Shown piece by piece: positions 11,701 to 18,698 of a stretch of DNA of 20,000 nt; position 1 is the stretch's first letter; every line of letters starts with the position of its first letter. The notes below the pieces were generated by a model, which saw nothing but the letters and a program-made list of their open reading frames with translations, did no database searches and was not told the DNA's origin. The translations under genes were made by a program, and so were the position numbers. The stretch lies in assembly GCA_008369845.1 (NCBI GenBank), contig MRSU01004726.1, positions 45,710-65,709 of the forward strand. The letters run 5' to 3'. The DNA comes from Trichomonas gallinae. Its lineage: Eukaryota.

Positions 11701-11726
11701 AACAATCCAATGATGCAATGATTTAA
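5721..11726 (+). CDS. Bap-like surface protein, C-terminal segment (Ig-like repeats, GS linker, TM, cytoplasmic tail)
   Basis: Frame is open from 5721; the annotated start at 5892 is an internal GTG. Repeats of the form P.L...Y..G/E.I.V.G.V.D.D.G. TM VLWPLLVFVVLVIVGVVILVILL followed by KR (~11400-11474). Tail contains NPLY (11571) and DDPF (11601). Confidence 0.8.
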   Translation, partial: YDDNGYVTIIAYFDDYSPYNYRVDLNQTHIVSQQIPIPNWIPIGDHEITIELQDDFDVYSEPITRKFYYENQNAPVLNIVPSTYRKFFNYYETISFNVSVRDLDSEDDVYVYVKTNNEQRIELINTYSNSDWHSTIYTYKIPNITGRTVLEFSTEDSSGAEGLSEKFNFDITRYPQVVLLSRIARNYLPGDIVTIKGFIADFIPGNYAQVFYKVDDGSYENMEYIGTNQLLMNDNYSSDIFEFNITLPSVTLKSNLYIWAVNQYRESTYVNQYSFIINTPPKLESWSSLKSEIAIGESFPVTFTATDDSTFRIYGRFDSESTNNYHIYSNSLSLENPHQEKTVYFTLPYWLTYTNHTLSIWIKDIYESMSEVLTKSFTYVNSHAPELAKVSSIDLDRKYLFSEKLQVKGKVRDIDPQNTINIEYSFDNGEYHIIDTQTSDGNFHDFMCEIPVPKTDGEHILRLRAVDQSSAISNIVENYFNVKRARYIKFLNKFETAYEMNSVINVSVQLCDFTPQKDITLKYTFNNEVHDIGIVHVDDNYIADIANFTIQLPDKLVDLYLVISAQEDSFAIIRDQYIVINTAPEFFLWNEIKPVYYRPANIHVETGFIDNKGVKIYYQINDELPENVNYYFIRTNGKLVNTSFNINIDRSYDFAFDLKLYVQDASGWKSNIITKKVSYNTSYSTPELLLIDERQFYGLSESFECTALVTDRHAGNNVSILYRINDDGEFREIDSFDSQGVEVSRKLVIPIPHVEGIYIMYIYVINSDEIESQVYSIQYKVSRTYNISFTKKPETYYLAGSQINISGYASDFDPGTAVDVYYQLDSNPLQSVGQVISQENYLSNQFSILLNNYDDSKVHNLKIYLQIGSKQYYNYNWRFIINYPPSLNITRNERNIYYINDHFDIDIYLKDNTICKLYYVFNDAKPKEYFIDYRAYGNIMHYKRQITVPKLKRGSNTLNIYAIDEFETRSETISIPFTFDDTKFAPQIIYSFDESKQHFAYHETIDISGKILGIYGSNVSFYYKFNDTEYERLDSIIATNEWQNFNVNIKVPRRNNIFILTFEARNELGGTTEFITHIFKVEKKPGIYLDPSMPKAFKRGDSVTVKGYIGDYDQGEEFSIYYSLTHESNIRKLLDESKIFVAKLTTNENMRTDPFSFSLTIPEVETKQKFDIWAEQSGRKVIEINNAANILNIEPELLILNTIQTKFYNKGFIDLDIRLKDDQTAAVFYYIDDFPTVQLTNWTECNGSYEYLYHKQIEIINNTLEFNKIHTLNLYAKDTEGGTSPLIKYQFWIEDGNPPIKEILNETRQINIFGNDIITVWGRVMDKDVGDTVKVVYSINNGPETVIFNEKATGDWQYFNYNFTIPTGSGVMMYSFQAIDQYAAKSRYSDYYIKSDAIYNAKPIPFKKPSSPSESGGYSGEIYTPNSYCGYNEICSMDLIKSDLKITDIVKQSGAVGPQGMVWPENTRLVVRYVENVGTKFKMEYKTIENTMTMEKFIKTYAKDSVGGHLEILIQDNETNSTLRTIMQPLVFYPPPHFQIMEDLLNSYYGNAYINLDLLITARSNGQVRYRIDDGDVKNSTEMMLINGKYRSRSQVEILKDSIAYTRHNIEFWVVDEIGRESNHSTHEFLYYNFDTPTLDIHEDETEDDVYNEGENVTIKGTIKDDDEDKNLTVWVSVDEEPFIDAYRCHAEDRPYCENFEYSFPASGKNGTHKVTVQVRDDKNASSKNYEKPFIFINNTDNNPTDPINPNDPGSGSDSGSGESGSGSGGSGSGSGESGSGSGGSGSGSGGSGSGSGGSGSGSGGSGAGGDGSHANIPPARTPLTPIPTRLPYDFTGKTSAIMIPTYSLIKTNNSNGEEVFVYVEVMTEYNISIPTTSEKVEIGFFDTVFGKYVLWPLLVFVVLVIVGVVILVILLKRQDEKEEEVSVDNLAFEETVQIGTTTDGTITNNNPLYTTTGGEDDPFHDDFEEQDNYHQDSIENDNEEIVDSESESEQSNDAMI
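10980..11144 (+). repeat. Coding 21-bp minisatellite GGAAGTGG(TGA/AGG)GTCTGGCTCA, 7 units plus one 18-bp unit, encoding GSG(E/G)SGS
   Basis: Units start at 10980 (18 bp), 10998, 11019, 11040, 11061, 11082, 11103 and 11124. GC-rich island in AT-rich DNA. Confidence 0.95.
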
Positions 11727-12592
11727 TTTAAATGCATAATTTTTTTATATTCAATTTAATACAAACCACACCTATAGCATTGCTGTCCATTAGTAATAAA
11801 ATTTGATAGTTTCAAAATCAGATCACGATGATAAGTTTCATCTAGATAGCTAAAATAATGTGTTTATTTTTGAGTTTAAATAGCATTAACATGCCGAACG
11901 TATTGAAAATATTGTTTATCGAATCGATTTCGTTGAATTGCAATGAACTATTTTTCCGAGTATTTAGAATGATATTTGTAGTAACAATATGCTACAGTAA
12001 CTATTTCCGGTTGATAACTTGTAGATATGAAGATATATTTTTTTGATATTGAAAATTCTAATAACGATGGAAAGTGATCAAAAAATATTAAGATGTATAT
12101 CATATTGAGTAAATAATTAACATGTATGATGAGTAAATTACTATGTTATTAAATTCATTCAATAAAACTAGTCAATGTTCCTCATATTTAAAGAAATGTA
12201 AAATATTTCCACCATATATTTCTAATTCAGAGTTAAATATAGTTAAAATAGATGTTATAGAATCAAGAATTTATTTTTTACAAAATTACTTTTACACGCA
12301 GAATAACAATGCTATTGATGGATTATTTATGATTCCAAACATGATAATTCTGTCAACAAATAGATAAAAATAGAAAATATAATTATATCTTCATTATTTT
12401 GGTAAATAAATATGATGGTTATAATCACATGATGGATATAAATATAAATGTTAACTAGATAAGGCTCATTTGAAAAATAATAAAAAATATCTGAAGTGTC
12501 AAATGGAAAATAATTCGAATTGGGGAGTGGAAATAAACTCATATGCTTGATATCATTTGTACAGATTCGATTATTTACAAAAAAGACAAAAA

Positions 12593-13564
12593 TTAAGATT
12601 TGAGTAAATCGCGAAAAGATGCTTGCTTCTGATTATTGGCTCTAATTTTAGCCTTGATCCTCTGTATTAATTCTTTTCGCTCCAATTCCTGGCGGGCAAG
12701 CAAAGAATCGTATTCGGATTTCTGCTTTGCTTGTAATTGCTGGATAGCAGATGGTTCTGGGTCTGCTGGCGGTGGCTCGTAATTCTCTGATATAAGGGCT
12801 GTCTCAAACAGCTGCTGTGTTGAAGGTCTTAAATCAACAGGTAAAAGGCAGCAAGTAATAAAGTCAGCAACTGAGGGATCTGATACCTGGCCAACAGCTG
12901 CTGGCGACTCACCGCGTAAAATTGCATCGCGTGGAGCTGATTTATCTGCATAAGGTTGTTCACCTGTTGCCATTTCTATAACGCAAAGTCCCAAAGCCCA
13001 AACATCTGACCTAGGCTCGGCGACGCCTCTTTGAACCTCCAATGAAGCGTATGGAGAAATCCAATTAAATAATACAGCTTCGAACGAAGGAATTCCGATT
13101 TTTATAATGCCAGTATTTACATCAATGTATATGTTGTTGCATGTTAAATCGTTATGGATGATTGGGGGAACAGCATTGTGTAATGCAGATAATCCGTTCA
13201 GGATCTGAATGCACCATTTCGAAATAACTGACATTGCCGGGCGCTGCGCGAGTTCGGTGAGATAAATTCTGAGTGTTTTGCGTGAAAAGACTTCGGTGAC
13301 GTAAACAAGTGTTTTCCTTGCAGAATCAAGCCATGCCCTGCTAATTTGAAGAATATTCGGATGTTTAATTTGCGAGAATGATGTCATGAAAACTTTAAGG
13401 TTTTGAAGAGTTTCCGGAGGCATATTTTCAAGCGAAATTTCGTACCAGTCGGCTGGACTGCTTTCTTCTTGGTCAAGGCACTTATAAATTGTTGTTCTAT
13501 TTATTTTCTGTCTGACTTCACACCTCAAATAGCGATTGGAAGGATCAACTATCGATTCACTCAT
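12593..13564 (-). CDS. WNK/NRBP-like protein kinase, probable pseudokinase (323 aa) with C-terminal coiled coil
   Basis: DPSNRY, IKHPNIL, YVTEVF, KWCIQILNGLSALHNAVPPIIHNDLTCNNIYID..GIIKIG and DVWALGLCVIEMATGEQPY are WNK-family-like. First ATG is at 13564 (MSESIV); the ORF-track start at 13669 is not ATG. Confidence 0.85.
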   Translation of the reverse strand: MSESIVDPSNRYLRCEVRQKINRTTIYKCLDQEESSPADWYEISLENMPPETLQNLKVFMTSFSQIKHPNILQISRAWLDSARKTLVYVTEVFSRKTLRIYLTELAQRPAMSVISKWCIQILNGLSALHNAVPPIIHNDLTCNNIYIDVNTGIIKIGIPSFEAVLFNWISPYASLEVQRGVAEPRSDVWALGLCVIEMATGEQPYADKSAPRDAILRGESPAAVGQVSDPSVADFITCCLLPVDLRPSTQQLFETALISENYEPPPADPEPSAIQQLQAKQKSEYDSLLARQELERKELIQRIKAKIRANNQKQASFRDLLKS

Positions 13565-13611
13565 TTGAAGGGAACTGTCACATTTCGAAGGCCGTGAACA
13601 GTTTACAAAGA

Positions 13612-13619
13612 AAAGTGAC
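13612..13619 (-). promoter_or_regulatory. Possible core promoter motif (TCACTT Inr-like on minus strand; AAAGTGAC on plus strand) ~50 nt upstream of the kinase ATG
   Basis: Minus strand reads GTCACTTT, matching the trichomonad initiator consensus TCAY(T/A). It is further upstream than typical and short enough to occur by chance. Confidence 0.3.
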
Positions 13620-13720
13620 AATAATAAATCTTTTCTCCACTTACTGGCATGATTTGGAATCTTCCACAAAGCTTATATTGAAATTTTGGGGAAATTTTAA
13701 AATTTTTGCAATTTTTCGAC

Positions 13721-14053
13721 AAAAAATTTTGTTTTTGCTCCGGTCACTACTTGTCATTCTTTTAGTTCGACATTACTCAATATAACTTTCTGAAGACAAG
13801 TACCATCAGACTTGTGTATTTTAATTACCAAAATAATTAGATTATGCTCCAGTCACAGCTTGTCTATCTCTTAGTTTTACCTTTCTCAATTTAACTTTCT
13901 GAAGATAAGCATCATTAGGCTTGTTTATTTTCAAGATTCAAAATATTTTGTTTTAGCTCCGGGCACTAGTTTTTCATTCTCTTAGTTTGACGTTTTTAAA
14001 TATAATTTGTTGAAGACAAGCTGCATGAGACTTTGTTTATTTTCGAAATAATT
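13721..14053. repeat. Three degenerate non-coding tandem repeats, period 109-110 bp
   Basis: GCTCC anchors at 13737, 13846 and 13956. Shared blocks GCTCCRGKCAC, TCTYTTAGTT, TGAAGAYAAG and TTGTKTATTTT. Confidence 0.9.
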
Positions 14054-14554
14054 CAATTTCATCTGATTTTGTTTCTAAATCGATATTTTTGCTTTTTATA
14101 ATGCATCTATTCTAATGGAATTAGAAAAATTCTTTGTCGGAAAAAATTTTATCATTATCGAAAAAAATTCTTTATTTTCCATATATACTTTTCGCACATG
14201 TTATATTTCTAGGGATAAAAATTTCAATAAAATGACAAATAAAATCATTCACAAAAATTTCGTAGTTTAAACAGTATCGGCTGTGAGCAATGCATATTCT
14301 GTGGCATAAGCAATTATATATTATAACAATTTGGATTTATACACGTGGAGAAAAATAAAAATAGCGAATATCAAAGAAAAAAATTAAATTCAAGGAAAAG
14401 CAAATGTAAGAATTGATTTAAATTGGCAAATAGCATTGGATTTCTATTGTAGGGACTTTAATGCATCGATATTCCAAACAAAAATAAATATTTACAAATA
14501 AACAAAAAGAGAAAGAAAAGAGATAGTATGTATGCGTCGTAATTAATATATGAA

Positions 14555-15145
14555 TCAGTTGGATTCGGAGTCAGATTCATTTTCGATAATTTCTTTATGC
14601 GAAGCCAAATCTGCTAAATTAAGTGGGTCAAGTTTATCATCGAATGATCTTGCTATTTTAGCGTTTTCAGCTTGAAGAATCTTAAGTGCATGAATAAATA
14701 GCATGAAATTGATACCATTGGCTATTAATCCAACCACAGCCAAGAAGAAATGAAAGAATGTTTTGGCAAATATGGAAACTATGGCTCCAATAATATAAAA
14801 ACATAAACTAATGAAATTTAAGATCCAAAATGTATTGTTATCAGTTGGATTTGGAATCCAAGGGTATGGCTTTGTAAGATATTGTAAAAGAGAATTTGAT
14901 TCAATAGTTGTTGCAATAGACCATTCTAATCCAACAAGCTGTGGCCCACCTGAGTTCTTACTGATAAAGAAATCAAGTGCAATGAGTGCGATGAATATCG
15001 AAAAAACTATTGTATTTGTTAATTTTAATGAAAGGATAAACACGAAAAATATGATAGGCAAAACTTTAGAAATTACAAAGTTCGAGCGAGGATTACTGAA
15101 ATGGATGGTGTCTTCTTGGTTTATATTCAGCGAATTATCTTCCAT
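14555..15145 (-). CDS. TVP23: TVP23/FAM18/ECHIDNA family Golgi membrane protein (DUF846)
   Basis: LIALDFFISKNSGGPQLVGLEWS matches the family signature (DFW.VKN.SGR.LVGLRW). Also a D...FW motif and four hydrophobic segments. Confidence 0.8.
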   Translation of the reverse strand: MEDNSLNINQEDTIHFSNPRSNFVISKVLPIIFFVFILSLKLTNTIVFSIFIALIALDFFISKNSGGPQLVGLEWSIATTIESNSLLQYLTKPYPWIPNPTDNNTFWILNFISLCFYIIGAIVSIFAKTFFHFFLAVVGLIANGINFMLFIHALKILQAENAKIARSFDDKLDPLNLADLASHKEIIENESDSESN

Positions 15146-15318
15146 TTCGAAATGGAAATTTTGACAAGATAATATTTACATGACAAAATATATATATGAT
15201 AAAATAGTCTAATAAAATGAAATCTGTATACTGTACTGTCTTATAATTTCGCAAAAATTTGGTCCAATGTTTGGATTTCATTATTTTGAAATTAAAATTG
15301 AAGGAATTGATTCATTAA

Positions 15319-15759
15319 TTACTGACGACCAGCCCACTTCCTTTCGAGATATTCCAATAACTCTGTAGGATAATCGTTCCTAGCTTTTTTTGACGTTAAT
15401 TTTCGTTTTACTCCTTTAGTATCTTCTGCAATATAAAAGATGTTGTCACATTCTTTAAATGCAGCTGTAAATTTCAATCTTAAGCCTATTGGGATTTCAT
15501 CTTCTACATAAGTTTCATCATTTTGAGAAGTTTCAGAGATTTGAGATTTCGGAAGTCTTGATGTAATGTATTCACGTAGTTGTTGCTTTGTGTATGAAGG
15601 ATTTTCGCTTTCTTCTTCCCAAACATCTTCATTATCATTTAGACCGGAATAATGTAATTTATACTGAATTTTCGAATTTATCCACCTGTGGTCAACAACC
15701 TTTTCAACACCAAACTGAGCTGGTTCATCATCTGAAGATAATTCAAGCTCACTAGACAT
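15319..15759 (-). CDS. HP1-like protein: chromodomain plus chromoshadow-like domain (146 aa)
   Basis: FGVEKVVDHRWINSKIQYKLHYSGLNDNEDVWEEE is a chromodomain. The C-terminal IFYIAED...LTSKKARNDYPTELLEYLERK resembles the chromoshadow end. First ATG is at 15759; 15792 is TTG. Confidence 0.75.
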   Translation of the reverse strand: MSSELELSSDDEPAQFGVEKVVDHRWINSKIQYKLHYSGLNDNEDVWEEESENPSYTKQQLREYITSRLPKSQISETSQNDETYVEDEIPIGLRLKFTAAFKECDNIFYIAEDTKGVKRKLTSKKARNDYPTELLEYLERKWAGRQ

Positions 15760-16130
15760 GGAAGCACTTTTTTGTTGTACGTTAAGATTCAATTTTTTAT
15801 TTTTCTTGTTATTACAATTTTAGATTCTATATCTATTATATATTCCAATTATAGATTTAAATTTTTTAGAACATATTCAAAAATCTAAATAATTTAAAAA
15901 TAGAAGAATTTTAACAAAATTTTCATTAATATAAAATTTGTTTAAACTCATGTTAATATTATTTGAGTCCTTATATATAGAAGAGCTTGAATTTCAAATT
16001 TGGCTGATTAAAAACATCATTATAGCAATTTTGATTAAAATATCGATGAAAGAATTGATATTCAAGAATAAAATTGTCAAAATTAATAAATATAAACATT
16101 TTAATATACAAACAATATTATAATCAGAGT

Positions 16131-17261
16131 CTAATCCTTGAATTGGTTGATATATCCGATGACTTCATCTTTATCTTTATTTTCTTCGTCATCACCGTCA
16201 ACAAGAAGCTTTTCAAAGTGCATAACACCTCCTCGAATGAGAACAGGAACTCTTTCGCCATTTGGTAATAATGCATTTCCATTGAAAAGCTCATCAAAGA
16301 AGCGACTATCTAATATTTCGTTGGCTTTAAGCCTTTTAGATGGATCCCAATTGAATATTTTCTTTAATAACAAAATTCCATTTGGTTCTACATTTTTAAG
16401 TTCTTTTTCAAGCGATGAATTGGCGCGGCGCGCTAAACTTACCTTCAACATTCCATTATACCCCTGTATAACTTCACTTGGAGGCGGTCCGAGGATTCTT
16501 ACCATATCATGAAGAAGAGATACAGCTGAACCTCCATTAAACAAAGGTCTGCCTAGGAGTAATTCAGCCAAAACTGCTCCTCCTGCCCATATGTCAATCT
16601 CCGGGCCGTATTTCTCTTGCCCATAGATTAATTCCGGTGGTCTGTATTTTCTTTCGATAAGATATGTCGTATTTCGTTCTGTTGTTGTGAGTATCTGTTT
16701 TGCATTACCGAAATCACCGATAACAGCTTTCCCGTACTTTGAATCAACGAAAATATTTTTTGGACAAATATCTCTATGAACAATTTGAAATTTGTGAAGT
16801 ACATCCAAGCCAGCGAACATCTGAAATGCAAATAATTTCGCGTAGAATATTGGAGGTGGTATTCCTCGTTGAAAATAAGGCATGCAATATTGTTCTAAGT
16901 TTTCGGGAAAGAAATCTGTGACTAAATTTAAGTACCTTGTATGTGGTTTAGGACCAGGAGTATAAAAATGTCCTTTTAACGATACAATGTAACGAGATTT
17001 TAATCTTTTCAGAATCGGAAGTTCTCTAGATTTGATTTTTGGATCATCTAATACGCGTTTTATTGCTACAAATGTACCATCATTAAGTTGAGCTTGAAGT
17101 GCAATGCCAAATTCGCCTCTTCCCAATATCTGAATTGGATGAAATATCTGCATTTTGTTTGGAGGCAACAGTTTCAAAAGCTCATGTCGATTTGTCAGCG
17201 CTTTCTGTATCGAAACATCCTTGAATAAGGAGCGCTTCGCAGAAAGTCGCAGATACGACAT
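16131..17261 (-). CDS. CMGC kinase, GSK3/shaggy-like (376 aa)
   Basis: GRGEFG, VAIKRVLDDPKIKSREL, YLNLV, YAKLFAFQMFAGL, HRDICPKN, DFGNAK, NTTYLIERKYRPPELIYG and DIWAGG all align with GSK3 motifs. Confidence 0.9.
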   Translation of the reverse strand: MSYLRLSAKRSLFKDVSIQKALTNRHELLKLLPPNKMQIFHPIQILGRGEFGIALQAQLNDGTFVAIKRVLDDPKIKSRELPILKRLKSRYIVSLKGHFYTPGPKPHTRYLNLVTDFFPENLEQYCMPYFQRGIPPPIFYAKLFAFQMFAGLDVLHKFQIVHRDICPKNIFVDSKYGKAVIGDFGNAKQILTTTERNTTYLIERKYRPPELIYGQEKYGPEIDIWAGGAVLAELLLGRPLFNGGSAVSLLHDMVRILGPPPSEVIQGYNGMLKVSLARRANSSLEKELKNVEPNGILLLKKIFNWDPSKRLKANEILDSRFFDELFNGNALLPNGERVPVLIRGGVMHFEKLLVDGDDEENKDKDEVIGYINQFKD

Positions 17262-17519
17262 ATTTTTTGAAATTTAACTTTATTTGATTATATAATCAGC
17301 ATCATGACACCATCACTATAATAAATTACGCAAAATTGGACTCTTTTTTTTTGAGCAAAAGTTTACAAAAACGTTTTTAAAATTTGTTTTCACTTTTTTT
17401 TGTTTGTAAAATAAAAATCGCATTTTTTCCTTTCAGAATTTACATACGTGTTTCGATAATAATATTTAATCGATATTATGTAATATTTTTTCCTTCAAAA
17501 TTTCTTTACTCTTTGAATT

Positions 17520-17761
17520 CTAAAATCAAAAATTATCGCCATCTTCTTAAGAGATATATTGACGTTATTCAAGTTGATTCCTCCAAATACTCCACTCATA
17601 GCTTTTGCAAAGGTGCTGCTTGCAATGCCGCCAAGCAAAATGTGCTCGAATGCCAAATTAAAGAAGCTGGTCGATGGAAATCTGATTATTTTTCTATCTA
17701 TACAAATGTCAGTTCAATCGATGCTGCTGATGCAGTAGTTAATAAAATTTCATTTTCATAA
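17520..17761 (+). pseudogene. 5'-truncated tyrosine recombinase (phage-integrase fold) C-terminal fragment, DIRS/Ngaro/Crypton-type
   Basis: YSTHSFCKGAACNAAKQ....IKEAGRWKSDYFSIY matches the HSFRxGAA...GRWxS...Y box II motif (His 17597, GRW 17669, Tyr 17699). The catalytic Arg position is TGC (Cys). No N-terminal half or ATG; the 5' boundary is approximate. Confidence 0.8.
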
Positions 17762-17767
17762 TTTTAA

Positions 17768-18008
17768 GGGTCCGCTACGCGACCAAATAGTGGTCTCAAT
17801 TTTTAAATGCGGTATTGAAAATTATCGTTTTGCCCAGAAAAATAAACTCACTTTTTGAAGAGATCTAATGTGCTAACAATATGCACCACTTTGTAGATAG
17901 TGCTAATATCATCTAAAAAATAATATTCTCTCGCTTAATTTTAATCGGCCCTAATACTCACTTTTGGAGAGGGATATTAGACGATAGACCGCTATTTGGA
18001 GCGGACCC
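17768..18008. mobile_element. 241-bp non-autonomous TIR element (MITE) flanked by TTAA, Kolobok-like
   Basis: Left end TTAA|GGGTCCGCT-acgcga-CCAAATAGTGGTCT (17764-17796); right end AGACCGCTATTTGGAGCGGACCC|TTAA (17986-18012). 22 of 23 nt are inverted matches apart from a 6-nt insertion on the left. TTAA with purine-starting termini fits Kolobok rather than piggyBac (CCC). Confidence 0.75.
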
Positions 18009-18698
18009 TTAATATCTTTTATTTTACAAATCAACAGAAAAAGTGAAAAAGTGTGCCGGAAATATTAGGAACTGTGTTTGAGAGAATTTTCATTTATGAT
18101 TTAATGCGTTTTCTACATCAAATATTAGCAACTTAACAAGTGACTCTCAGTAATCAACTCATCAAATAGTAAAATCTAATAAATAAAATTCATATGGATT
18201 TCAGGATTTTACATGTTTTTAATACTAATATTAATATCATACCATTATTTACATAATTCCTCAATGTTAAACCGAAGCAAAGGTCATGTTTTTCTTCATT
18301 CGTAAAATTTCAAAATAAAATGCATAATATATAATTAAACTTCATAAAATAAGTTTGTATCAAAGAATGAATCATAAATGTCAAGTACATCTCTACGCAC
18401 TTCCTTTTCTCAAAATTACGATGGAATTGCTCATGGAATACGAATTTCAACCTAACTCATTAAACTTTCAAGATTGGATATTAGAATTATGAATATATAC
18501 GCTCATAATAGTGCTATATCTATCTATATAAACATAATTGTTCTAAGCTTATCCAATCTTGAGATAATTAAAATCTAAACTATTTGAATAATTTGGATAA
18601 ATCTATTGTTTTCTTGTTGGAAAAAGAGTCAGTTATAGCAGTAGACTTAACATTCTCAGAGTTGTCATTAACTTAAGTTAAGCGGCATAACATTTTTT

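Larger units (their letters stand above)
991..11726 (+). pseudogene. Giant Bap-like Ig-repeat type I membrane surface protein (~3,578 codons when repaired), disrupted by one nonsense codon and one frameshift (pseudogene or sequence errors)
   Basis: Hydrophobic N-terminus MLPILLVIACS. ORF1 ends at TAA 4495-4497 and the same frame continues (VNLSI*VLDLYNN). At ~5720 GAA ATT/TAC GAT GAT shifts into the frame of ORF 5892-11726, which is open from 5721 (YDDNGYVTIIAYFDD...). ~100-aa beta-rich repeats run continuously across both lesions. The C-terminus has a TM helix and an acidic tail. Confidence 0.85.

Noticed and set aside
11780..12560. Short ORFs (11858-12046, 12143-12367, 12327-12542) or a decayed gene
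   Set aside because: No recognisable motifs. It may be a relic, but this cannot be supported without a homology search.
13721..14053. C/D-box snoRNA cluster or CRISPR-like array
   Set aside because: CTGA is present in only two units with no conserved RTGATGA box, and whole units are homologous with no unique spacers.
3354..16921. Numerous 60-130 aa antisense or alternate-frame ORFs inside the main genes
   Set aside because: Shadow ORFs with no independent motifs.
17384..17519. N-terminal part of the 125-aa ORF as real coding sequence
   Set aside because: TTG start, T-rich low-complexity sequence and no recombinase box I motif. It looks like the GSK3 upstream intergenic region.
17764..18012. 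piggyBac assignment
   Set aside because: TTAA fits, but the termini begin GGG rather than the CCC/CCY typical of piggyBac.
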